A DNA stretch of 64,000 nt from contig OZ004615.1 of NCBI GenBank assembly GCA_963924565.1, positions 17,298,001 through 17,362,000 on the forward strand. The letters are read 5' to 3'. Position 1 is the stretch's first letter; each line of letters starts with the position of its first letter. Position numbers and translations under genes: made by a program. Under the pieces are notes generated by a model. The model saw nothing but the letters and a program-made list of their open reading frames with translations, had not been told where the DNA came from and did not search any database. This DNA is from Ascidiella aspersa (Eukaryota). Below, in pieces: positions 26,401 through 38,001 of this stretch.

Positions 26401-29400
26401 ATGGTGCGTTGCCCTACGAAATATATTCAATTATTTCTAACTTTTTAAATATATTGCTTGTTAAACAACTGAATAGACGCGATTTTATGCAAAATACATT
26501 TACCCTTAATTTGAGTTGATATTTAAGTCGATGGTAAGTGTGAACCAAGAACAGAGCGGTCTAAATTCGAATTTTTTTTTACTTTGGCTATATAAAATGT
26601 TAAAACAATAAGTTGAAATCTTGGTGGTTTAATTTGTACCATATATAATTATTTTTACTTTAATGTTGTTGTGACAGGGAGTGGATATACGCCATAACAA
26701 GGACAGAAAGACTGTTCGCAAAGCACCCAAGAGCAATGACATTTATGTCAAGCTCTTGGTAAAGGTACGTGTATAACGATTCAAATACCCTGAAGAAATA
26801 TCTGAAGCTGGTCCAAAATTCTACCACTTGTTTACAATAACGAAACGATTTATCAAAACTGAAATTGCTAAAAATAAATAAATATGGGAGAATAAATAAT
26901 AATAAAACTTGACCCACCAAATAAAGTAAGCAACACAAACCCTCAACGAAAATGTAGTTGGATTCTGGACAGCATCAACTATATACTCTTTAAAGATATG
27001 GGTCGCTGGTCCAGAATGGTGCTTTGCAACCTTTTTCCACTTGTGGCACACCAACAGAGCTAAAACAATTTGTTAGCACCCTATGAAATATATGTTGATC
27101 GACACTAAACAATATCAGCAAATATCCCAGGCAGCCAAGAAAAAATGGATCAAATTGTGACGAAATGCGCTAAAGGTGCATAAAAATTTATGTATTACAT
27201 TCCTACATTATTGATTTTATGGTTTGTATCTTTTTGCAATAGCTGATTAGAGAACAGAGTGCTTTTTATTTTTGCCTAATTTATTTTTCGAAACAGCTTC
27301 CAACACTAATTAAACAATCACAAAATGCTAATAATATATTTATAATGATATTTCATAGGTTTAAAGTGTACGTTTAATCTTGCTTTCCACTTTGGTGTAA
27401 ATTTAAAAACAATTGTATGTTTATACTCCCTATTTGAGTCATTTCCTGTGATATAAGATAACTTATAATTTTTCGCCTTAATTTGACTGTTTATTTATTG
27501 AGAAGTGCCCTTACAAATTAGGGCACATCGCAACACACCAGTTACGGAGCACTTCACGAAACGAGTTGTCAAAACTGCAAGGAAGGAATTAATATAACGA
27601 TAATGCTTGACCCACCCAAACATAAAATTCTAACTCACACCCTAACCCAAATGATGTTGGCAATATAAACCTCCAGACGAAAGAAAGGGAGAGCTAAGCC
27701 AGTCTGCGATGTGTGGTAGTTGCACACCCAAAATGTTGAAAAGCAATTTGTGTGCACGCTTTAATTAGAAACTTACACATCTAAATTTAAAAAAAGGGTA
27801 AATTGTGCTGATGTTGGAATAAAACCGTAATTGCATACCTAGCCACCTTTAAAATTTGGTGCAGCGCACACAAGATCTTGGCATGAAATGCAGACTCTCC
27901 GCCAAGGTTGTGCATTGCTACATTTCGGAAAATAATCTTTTATAGTAATACATTTGTCTTTTTGGTGTGAATAAATTGTTAGAATAAAACTAATCCTAAT
28001 ATTTTTCGTGCAGCTTTACCGATTTCTTGCTCGAAGAACAGAGGCTTCATTCAATAAAATCATCTTGAAGAGGCTATACATGAGCAGGGCCAACAGGCAG
28101 CCGTTGTCCATTGCACGACTGGTATGTTATTTTTATCTTAAAATCTATTGTTGACCTTGTTTTGTTTTTTTTAACTTAAGCATTGTTCCAAGTGTTGTTA
28201 TCATACAACTCAATCTTTGTTAATCTTTCCTTGAAATTAGTTGTTTCCAATCTATGTGTAGTGATGCCCTGGTGCTTGATTTTTGGTTTTCAGGGCAGTT
28301 GTACAATGATCCTGTTATTACTGATCAAACAATAGTTGATAAAAATTGATAGCTCTACTCTGGGCACAAACAGTATTTTGGGAAGCTGACAAGCCCAGGG
28401 GCCAGTGTGGAAGTATGACAAGTGCACCAAGGCAAACTCTGCAATATTTTTTAACTTTACAAGTGATATCTGAATTTTTTTTAATTTTATGGAGAACCCT
28501 TTATAATTAACAGGTTATTACCAAATACAATTATATAGAACAGGGGTCACAAGCTAAAACCAAACTCACCAAGGTCTCGGCAAGCTTTAATAAATTATTA
28601 ACAACAAATTTATATAATAAAATACTTAAATGTGAAGCCCAATAATTTAATTGCGTATCTATTTTCCTGCAAGCAAGGCTAAAAAAACTGTCTGCAGTGG
28701 CATTTAAACTCCCTACCTGGGCTATACTAGAACCGTCACTGCAACTGAGTGTACTGTGATATGTGTGCTGTTTTCTTTGGTACGTACTGCTTCTGAAGGG
28801 CTAGATAGCAGTAGTAAACACTTGCAGACTGAGTAGATTGCCTCAAAATGCTAACATGCATTAAAGGCAAACAACATTCTAATTTTTTTTAAATAGTCAA
28901 AATATATGGGGGCATTGCCTCCTGCCCAGTTTGGAAGGGACGGCATGCTGGATAATTAACACTCGCGAGCCATAGGTTGCTTAGCCAAAATGGAAGATTG
29001 AGATGGGTACACTCAGCTTCACCCTTCGTATATGGCTGTATTTGTATGTTGTTGTTTTTTTACTTTTACATAAATACCTAAAACTAGCAACAAACCCAGG
29101 CCAACTACTAGCAAGCGGATAACAGAAGAGCTATTAATTTATTTTTCATTTTGCTGCAGGTTCGCAACATGAACAACCCAGAGCGTGATGGTAAAACTGC
29201 TGTTGTAGTTGGAACAATCACCGACGATAAGAGGATTTACAAGATCCCAAAGTTGAACGTTTGTGCTCTTCGTGTGACTGAAGCAGCAAGAGCAAGGATC
29301 CTTGCTGCCGGTGGAAACATCATCACATTTGATCAGCTTGCTCAACAGAGTCCCAAGGGACAAAACACTTGTCTCATGCAGGGTTAGTGCAAAACTGCCT

Positions 29401-30118
29401 TCTATATTGGCATTAAAATTTCATGCTCTAACAGTTAATCTACACATTGTTTAAGTGGATATTTCTTGCATAAATAAAACCAATGCAGACCTGAAAGTCA
29501 AAAAAATGTAATACCTTAAACAGCTAATCCGTCGCATATCATATATGCGTTTTGATAAACACTAGTGTCAATAATTTGTTATTATATTATCAAACAGGAA
29601 GTTTTTATATAAAAAGGCTTTAATTATTTTCGTATCACGTTTTTAGCCAAATTGAATAGGTTATTCGCCATAAAAAGACTACTAAAGGTCCTGCTTCCAA
29701 ATTGTAAAACAAAAAATAAACTAGATGGGAGTCAATAGCAACAGAGAGCTAAAACGATGACGTCACAATATTTTAGGTTTTTGTACCCCAATCGAAGGTC
29801 CACACCACTCTAAGTCATGTCTGAAAATTTGAGAATTCTGCGATGTATACTTTCCCTATGAAGCTTTGAACAAAAATCGGTGTGAAACATTTAACGGCAA
29901 AAACAAGATATGTCCGTCCGGCCCATATATTTCCATATTTTTTTATTCTTACGCGTAATCTATTTGTTGCAGGACCGCGAAAGGCGCGCAAGGTGTACAG
30001 GCACTTCGGCCGTGCGCCAGGCGTCCCGCACAGCCACACAAAACCATACGTTCGTTCCAAGGGCCGCAAGTTCGAAAAGGCCCGTGGTCGTCGTCACAGC
30101 CGTGGCTACAAGGTCTGA
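26401..30118 (+). CDS. RPL18: 60S ribosomal protein L18 (eL18), 188 aa
   Basis: Exons 26401-26403 (ATG), 26678-26764 ([11 protein letters not shown]...), 28014-28121 (LYRFLARRT...), 29160-29382 ([12 protein letters not shown]...FDQLA) and 29973-30118 ([31 protein letters not shown]) total 567 nt; all introns GT-AG. Confidence 0.97.
28541..28985. mobile_element. Degenerate hAT-type MITE in RPL18 intron 3
   Basis: Left end CAGGGGTCAC and right-end-like CTCGCGAGCCATAGGTTGC. No TSD seen. Confidence 0.35.
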
Positions 30119-30185
30119 GCACCTGCAAATCATCGTCGTTGGCAGCGGGTACTGCTACTGCTGCTGCTACACGTTTTGCGTGCCC

Positions 30186-30191
30186 AATAAA
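30186..30191 (+). terminator. Polyadenylation signal of RPL18
   Basis: AATAAA begins 68 nt after the stop codon. Confidence 0.65.
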
Positions 30192-31063
30192 AATACGACA
30201 CAAACTGTAGGAGTGCTCTTTTAAGTTGCAATTAAATGCACCAACCGTGTGTAACAAGGTGGAAAATAGAAAAATATAGCGCCATAAAAAAAAAACATTA
30301 ATTTTTGCTGATCCGATTTCCAATAAGCTTCTTCACTAGATTATAAGGTCCGACTACCGAGGAAAAGTGTAGATTTTGAACTCCCGCCCTTAGACCAAAC
30401 TTAGAACAACATCAACGTCGGAATAAAACAAAGTTCGGAATAAGACCAAATAGGACTAATACTTCTGAATAAAATCTACATGGCCAGACTATAGAGCAGG
30501 GCGCCCAAACGTTGCCACTAAAACGTCCGACGTCAGACAGGTGTCCTTTAATCGTCCCATACCAGTTTAAGGGGCAATCATTAAATCCGGTAAAGCAAGA
30601 TTCGGCGACCTTTTTCTGGTCTCGGGCCAAACTAAATTCAGAAAAGTTCTCGGCCAGACGTAGTAAATTTGCACTATCAATTTTATTAACGTGTGCTTTC
30701 TAAGGGTTTTGTTCTAATAATTCTGAACACGGTCGTACCTCGGATTTTTATGCAAATGAAAATCAGTCCTAATTATAAGGCGCGAAGCTCGAAAAAATGC
30801 GTTTCCCAAGTTGAAATTGTCAAAACTTTAAATTTAGAAGGAGACAGATTGGGGTGCAAATATTGTATATTGTTATATGTTTACCATAAAAGTCGTAATG
30901 CAGAGTTTCCATGCGCTTGACGCCTTTGGGCCAAGAATATTCACTCAAAAAACAAATATAGACCTACGCAAATATACGGCGAAGTCAAAAAAGATTCACT
31001 TAAAGCTTCTTATTTGCATTTACGTATTGTTAAAATGGGCAAAAAATAGGCTGTATTGCCTAG

Positions 31064-31429
31064 CAGGGCTGCGGAGTTAGACTCTGGACTCGACAGACTC
31101 GGTTTGTTTTGCTGGAGTCGGACTAGGGACTCGAGTAAGACTATACCCGAGTCCGACGTGTGCATGCGAAGCACTCAAATTCGAAACTCATAAGGTCGAA
31201 AACTGTAAATTGCAAAGGTTGAATAGCAAATGGTGGAATATTTTCCAACCATTAATTGTGGGTGGATAAATTATATGACACCCTATGAGTGAATTGCAGA
31301 ATCCTTAATTTAGTTACTTAAATGGGTGAAATACAGGCTGTAGAGTCGTGGCCGAACGCGGGACTCGACGAAATCGTTTATTTAGCCGGAGTCGGACTCG
31401 GGTAATTTTAAACTGACTCCGCAGCCCTG
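31064..31429 (+). mobile_element. hAT-type MITE, family A
   Basis: CAGGGCTGCGGAGT / GACTCCGCAGCCCTG; flanks TTGCCTAG / TTGCCTAT; colinear with 10030-10476. Confidence 0.85.
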
Positions 31430-31440
31430 TTGCCTATAGG

Positions 31441-32049
31441 CAGGGTTACCATCTTCTCAGCCAAAAAAATAAACACGCTACTAAAGATCAGTGACAGATC
31501 CAGGACTCCGGGGGTGAAATCCCAGGTTTCAGAAATAACGTTATAAAATAAAAACTTGAAAAACAGCTATTTTGTATGCGCAAAACGTAGCTTAATCGCG
31601 CGAAGCGCAAAAAAGTGCGTTTATTAGGTTGAAATTGGCAAGTTAACCACCCTTATTTAATGCAATCTTTGTCAATTTTTTCGCGTCAGAGCGCATCAGT
31701 TATACACCTTTTAAACCGTGGTGCATGGCAGCATGAAACGCCTAATTCTGACCCTGCCTCGTAGTTAAGTTTGGTTCACTTGGCGTAGTTTGGCTTGTAA
31801 TAAAATTATTGATTGAATGATTTACTGTAATGCATCTAGCAATTTTTTTGTAGTAACATTGTGTTTTCCATAGCCTCTGGGCTGATTTAGCATTTTGACT
31901 GTACTGACACAAAAAGAAACTAAAATAAGACTAAGCACACAACTCTAAAATAAGCACGTTTCTTAGAAGTAAGCACATTTGCGTTTTCTAAGACACTGCG
32001 CCCAAAAATAAGCACAAATCTTAGAAATAAGCACGGTATGGTAACCCTG
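31441..32049. mobile_element. hAT-type MITE, family B
   Basis: Perfect 12-bp TIR CAGGGTTACCAT / ATGGTAACCCTG; flanks CCTATAGG / CCTATAGT; repeated TAAGCAC subterminal motifs at 31930-32035. Confidence 0.85.
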
Positions 32050-32250
32050 CCTATAGTGCTCAGCTTTTAAAATAGGTCGCGGGTCGGATGAATTACATTG
32101 GCGGGCCGATCCGGCCTGCAGACAAACGTCACAAGTTATAACGTAACGTCATAATTTAGTAATGTTAAGAATGGAAAGATGTAAATGAAGTTCAATCGGG
32201 CTAAAATTTGTTGTTTGTTTGGTTAACTTCGGAAAAAAATTTCTTATAGG

Positions 32251-32631
32251 CGGGGTTGCGAAGTCGGTTAACACTAACCCGACTCCGACTCCGGGAAACA
32301 AAATAAACATGAGTCCGAGTCCCGATTCCGAGTCCTGTCAAATGTGCGATTTCGTCGAGTCCCGAGTCCAGCCCTGACTCTACAGCAGTATTCCGCCAAT
32401 TTATGTAACTAAAATAACATGGATATTCAGCCACCCACATATAGGGGTGTCGTATAATTCATTCAGTCACAATACACGGTTGGAAAATATTCCACCTTAA
32501 CAATTTCGAGTTTGCCGCCATATCAGTTTTTAAATTTGGTACTGCACAATTCAATTTCGGATTCGCCCCATGGGAAGTTTTACGTGGTCTTACTCGAGTC
32601 CCGAGTCCAGCAAAGCAACTCCGCAGCCCTG
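32251..32631 (-). mobile_element. hAT-type MITE, family A (reverse orientation)
   Basis: Reverse complement of family A; ends CGGGGTTGCGAAGTCGG / ACTCCGCAGCCCTG. No clear TSD. Confidence 0.8.
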
Positions 32632-34110
32632 CCAAGGTTTGACGTTTAGCCACATAAAAATATTACCCAATTGCTTGCTATAAATGTGAGCCTTTGACAC
32701 AACAGGACAATGACTGCACCGATATCACGAACGAAGCTCGCACGAAGCGCAAAAAAGTGTGTGTTTATCTATTTTAACAAGTTCGACGTGTTACTCACGA
32801 TACCATCCCCTATTGAAAAGAAATTACACATTAGGGCAAACGGACAAAAAATAACTACCAATTCAAAAAATTTGGATTTTTGATTTGGAAATTTTAGGTC
32901 ACAGAGCACAAGTCGCGCACAAAATTGAAATGATTTTCTTAAAATTGGCAAACTATTCCAGTTAATTCATAAGCTTGAAAAGTCATTTTATTTAGATAGT
33001 TAAAGGCAAAAAAGGCAAAATTATTATAGTTTGAAAACTTTTACCAAAATAATATTCAACTTGTTTTATACATAAAAATAATAATAAAAACATACTTTTT
33101 GAATCACGGAGAACGGAGTTTTATTAAATAAGCCCACGAGCCTTTTGAAAAATCATTTTAAAAAGTCACGCTGTCATGCTTCTCAGCCTTCTTATGTTGC
33201 CCACTTTTTATAGGTCGCGGCCTCCCTAATTTTACTTGCAATCCTCTTTGAATAACTCGTTTTTGCCAAGTGGTTCTAGCCACGTAAAGCAATAGGCCAG
33301 AGCCTATCTTGTTTGTTTAATAATATTTTTAAGCTAGGAGAACGGAGTTTCGCAAACAAACACACCGAAACCTTAAAAACTACTCAAGTCGCTATTGTAG
33401 TTTATTCCTATTACCTTTCTTGATGGCAGTTTAATTAACCTATAGAAGACATTTTAAGGCACTGTTGTATGTATTTACGGAAAAAAAATTAAAATTTCAT
33501 GAACATCGGCTTATTGCGTCATAATAAAACGAACTTCGTTGAAAAGAAATAAGTTAAGCTATTATTGTCAGGCACAAGGGAGACACAATGGCGAAAAGAA
33601 TATAGAATGCGCAAGCTACAAGTGGCGAATAAAAAAACAATAACACGTAAATAGTTCACCCTATAACCATTGCAAACTGGCGAGCAATGCGACAGATCAT
33701 ACACAAAAAGGTTTTGTTTTCAAGTCGATGCCGGGTACTTACAAGGCTGCTTTTTTAATTAAAACGCAGAGCTGAAAATGTAATGAGAAAATTTCCGCAA
33801 ATAAATAAAGTTTGCAAATCGCAGAAGCTTCAATGCAGTTCTGTGATAATTTAACGGCGTTGCAATTATTTCAAACGAGGAAAACAAAATAGTGACAGTA
33901 TATATTGCAACACGAGTGTTTAATAAGCACCCATCATACGAAAATACCGTTAAATGAACAAAAAATACGTTTTTTTGGTTCTCCAAATCTGTTAAAACGG
34001 CAACCGTACAGCCAACGCTCATTTTTATTGCAAATTAAAATTTGGAATTCATTTTCCGGCGTTAAGAAAAAAAACTGAACTTGTTACGAATGATCTTAAA
34101 TTCAGTGGCA

Positions 34111-37074
34111 TTATGATTTCTGCAGCAACAGGTTTCTGATGGCGCAGTTGTTGGCCAACCCGTTGCTTCCATGAGCCGGCTTCTGGGGGTGAACTCTTCC
34201 CTCGGTCAAAAGCCGTTTGCACACGTCACCAGGCACGTAGTTGTGAGGTGACGTGTACAGCGGTGACGTCGCGTTTTGCGGTAAGACGACCGAGGTGGTG
34301 TCGTTGCCTGGCATCTGTATCAGCCAAGCGCCGGCCACTCGCTTAGTCCTCACCATCTTCCACTTTCCATCTTCACAGCGCATCGGCATCACGCTTGTGC
34401 GGGTGCTCGAGTCACAGTAGTCCGTCTTCATCACGGCGTCCTCTAGCGACCTAATGTGGGCGTCGTCCAACACAGTCGCGCTCACGCGGTGGCGCAAGAG
34501 GTTAATCTGATCTACGTTTCCATGCGGCTGTTTACCTGAAATGGCGGAGCTGCGCTGCGCCTGGATTTGCTTGGTTGGGGATGAACTTGGCTTGAATATT
34601 GGGGAAATTCCATCACCATGAAGGCTCCTGAAGGGATTGCTTGGCAGCATGGGTATGACTATTTCCTGCGTGGGTCTTGTGTCTGCGTTTCGGGGCTGGT
34701 CGGACTTGTGCAAGTCTCTTTCGAGTATTTTGCTCGCCACATTGGAAAGAGTTGACAACTTGCTATCGTACTGCGGCGCGACGACGTTCGTGGCAGGTTT
34801 GGCGTGCAGGGGCAGCGAGGCGCGTGACAGATGCTGTGGCATGCTGGCGGGCGCCATAAGGTGCGGCATGCTGACAGGCGACGGCCTGAAAAGACTGTCA
34901 ACTCGATTGGCCTGCAGCAAAGAAGCGGGCGGGAAGTGGATCGGAAAGTCGCGCGGCACAAACGAAGCGACACTTCCCGGCACCAAGTTGCTCGGACACA
35001 CAAGACTGGCACGAGTAGCCAACGAGGCGTTGCGGGTTGCCACGCTGCCACTGCCGGGTGCCAGGTTGTTGTGCCCTGGTGGCGGCACTGAATACACGAG
35101 GTCGCCAGAGGCGCACTGAAACGGCAGAACAGTGGCGAACTTGTAGCCGTCGGTGGACGCGGCGGCGACGAAGCCGTGCGAAAGTTTGTCACCTGAGATG
35201 TAGGTGGCGTCCAGGGCGCGATTGTGGAAGCCCGGGGTGCCCCATTGTGACGTTGCGGCCAGCGACGGCGAGGGCGTGGCCGATGGGGGCGTGGTGTTGC
35301 GTAGCAACGTGTCCATGTTGATCTTGGGCGGCAGAGCTTCGGAGGAAACTGACGGCTTCAGCAGACTGGAAAGTAAACTCTAAGTTAAGATTCTTAATCC
35401 AAATTACTGAACATATGAAGATCAATATAATTATTTGACAACAATAATGTAGTGTACAAAAATCAAATCAGAATAAATAGAGCTAAAATAGTTGGGCAGC
35501 CGGACAAATCGAAGGACTGTTTCGTATCGTTTAGCTCAGGGGTTCTTACACTTTTTTTTACCGCGGACCCTCATAATTTTTTTTGCTTCGCGTGGACCAC
35601 GGTAGACAAAAATAAATTCAAAAATTACGTCATAAATTGACGTCACATTACAATTCGACTAATCTGCTGATTTCGGTCAAAAAATGTGAACGTGAACCCC
35701 AAGGGGGGTGCGCGGACCTCAGTTTAAGAACCCCTGATTTAGCTGGAGAAAGCTCACCTTGTTATGCGGTCAATCATGTGTTTGTCGTAGAAGGCAACTA
35801 GCGGTGACGCGGCTGCACTGTTCTCTACCGACGCCCCTTCGTTTCGGGCAATCTCGTCTTTCCTGCCGCCGAAAGTTCGACGCTGTTTCGAATCAAAGGC
35901 CCCTGTTCAAGAATATAAATCCGTGTTTTAATTTCTTTATAAGTGTATACGTTGTCCAATGCACCATAGGATAATATATGACAGGTTTAAGAAGGTGGAT
36001 GGGCGTTGCTGGAAACAAATAGTAGTTCCACGAAAAGATGCGACGCTAAGGTCGGCGGAGGTTGGTTTTTAAATGGGGTTTTACATGCAGAAAGATAAAC
36101 AGTTACGTCAGTGAAACTAATTACAGTTATGCAAACACTTACTTGTCACAATGTCTGGGGCATATATACGCCATAAAACGTCAATGCAGGTTAAATTACC
36201 ATGTTATAGTGGAAACTCTTTTAGCGGGGGGGGGGGGGCGATACACAAGCCTATCAGCCTAAACCAAAAAAAGGCACTCACCTTCCATAAAACCGCACGC
36301 CTTGCTCGGTTCAACAGTTTCAACCTGAAAAAAAAATGTTGGGTTGAGGTCAAAAGTATGAAGTAATGCATTTTAACAATTTCACTCAATGGCCGTGTTA
36401 ATAGAAACACATTTTTCTATGTACTACAAGCAACTGAACATATGAATACCAGAACAGAAACGTTAACTACATATAGAAATATTTTGTTCTAGCAGGCAAA
36501 GCGAGTTAAAACGCGAAGATTATGTTTCGGTCACTATTAGTAATGTTTATTCGCATTATTCAGTAGGCTTATGAACGTTTAATTTGCCAGTTGGTAAAGT
36601 TTATAAACTTTTTTTATCATGGGTAAGCAGATTTTCTCTTGCAATAATAAATGCCCTAGACCCGTGTTTTCAATGCTGCTAACTCGAGTTTTCGCCGAAC
36701 AAGTAAGATAGAAGACTTACCTCCGAACCGCATTCCATCGGCGAGAATCCACTTTGTGACGCCATAACACTTTCGACGCTAGCGACGCGCTTCGCCCGCA
36801 TTTTCTCAATCTCAAAACTCTCCTCCTTAGGTGAATTTGAGGCCGACTCGCTGCTTGGCCTCTTCCTGGAGGCAGACATGAGATGCTTCTTCTTCTTCAT
36901 TAGAAAAGGATGCTCCTGCCATCGATGCTGCGTCATGTCCGACTCAGAAGAACAGGCGAAGTCACAGTGGATGCAGGAGAACAGGTCCTCATCTTCTAGG
37001 ATCGGAGGACTCCTGGTGGCTCCCATGAGTATGTTACTGTGGAAGGGTCGAGGGTAAACCGTGGAAGAAAGCAT
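34111..37074 (-). CDS. Protein with one N-terminal C2H2 zinc finger and a long Pro/Ser-rich region, ~598 aa
   Basis: Phase-consistent exons 36721-37074, 36282-36324, 35758-35902 and 34111-35365 total 1797 nt. Finger FSCIHCDFACSSESDMTQHRWQEH followed by basic KKKKH...RKRP (NLS-like). The start codon is the first in-frame ATG and is not verified. Confidence 0.75.
35537..35736. mobile_element. hAT-type MITE in a zinc-finger-gene intron
   Basis: TIR CAGGGGTTCTTA / TAAGAACCCCTG; flanks GTTTAGCT / ATTTAGCT. Confidence 0.8.
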
Positions 37075-38001
37075 CACACAGAAGTCTTGCAGTTGGTAAG
37101 CAGATTAGTTAAAGTTTTTACCTGAACGCCTGACGTAAGTACGTCTATAAAAAAAAACAAATAAAAGTTAGAAAGGTACGACAGATATTAAAATCATATG
37201 AAGGTAAAAAGTCAATAAAAAAATTTAAAAAATAGTAAAAACCTTAACAAAATGCAAAACAAACGCCACAGCGAAAAAGCTTTGATCACAATTGACCATA
37301 AAGCATTTGGACGCGTCGTGTCAGGGTTTAAAGCGAAACCAATCTTTGACAAACAAAAGCACAAAAGAAACACGCATGTCTATACAAAAAAGCGACGCAA
37401 GCGTTTTCTGCTTTTCATTCGCCCTACAGCCATAGCAAACGTCGTCCGTTAACTGCAGTCACAAAAAACCCGTTGGAAAAGTGAGCGGCTGTTCGGCAAG
37501 TAAACGCAAGTCGAAACACAAGCACGACGTCGGCAGCGCGGCAGGTCGCTACAGCTTGCTCGCTGTAGGAAACGCACACCAATTAACTTCTACCTTTATC
37601 GGCGGAACGGGACAGAATATGATCGGAAAAATTAGTGGCGACGCACAAGTACCAAGAAATCGCCGAGCGGCGGTTTGGGCGACTTCTGTGCGATTTCATG
37701 GAAAAATAGAGGCGCAGCAGAGCGTTTCGGGAGAAAGCGAATGTGGAGAACATTGTTTACAACTAAACGCAACACGACGTGGCTGGCTGGCGCACGTGTT
37801 AAAGGTAAAATTTGATGCAGTTGTATTGACGTGACAGCATTACAATGCAGTCCGGTCGGTGCAAAAGCTATATGTTTACATTTCGATCCTGCATCGTTCG
37901 CTTAAGATGTGCACAAATATTGGCCAGTCGGCTAGTTTTAAACCAAGCATAAAAAAACAGCGCGACAACAAAAATGACATTAGCGTATTGAGCGCCGCTT
38001 T

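Noticed and set aside
26807-27017. Apparent RNA pseudoknot in RPL18 intron 2 (ATGTAGTTG/CAACTATAT crossed by ATTCTGGACAGC/GCTGGTCCAGAAT)
   Set aside because: The same 13-mer also occurs at 26807, so the pairings are better explained as inverted-repeat ends of a small transposon relic.
28259-28326. Possible C/D snoRNA (GTGATGC...CTGA) with CCTGTTATT complementary to 18S AAUAACAGG
   Set aside because: Imperfect C box, no terminal stem and only 9 nt of contiguous complementarity.
35758-35902. Apparent in-frame TAG (readthrough) in a zinc-finger gene exon
   Set aside because: It disappears once the 43-nt exon at 36282-36324 is included, which sets the correct phase.
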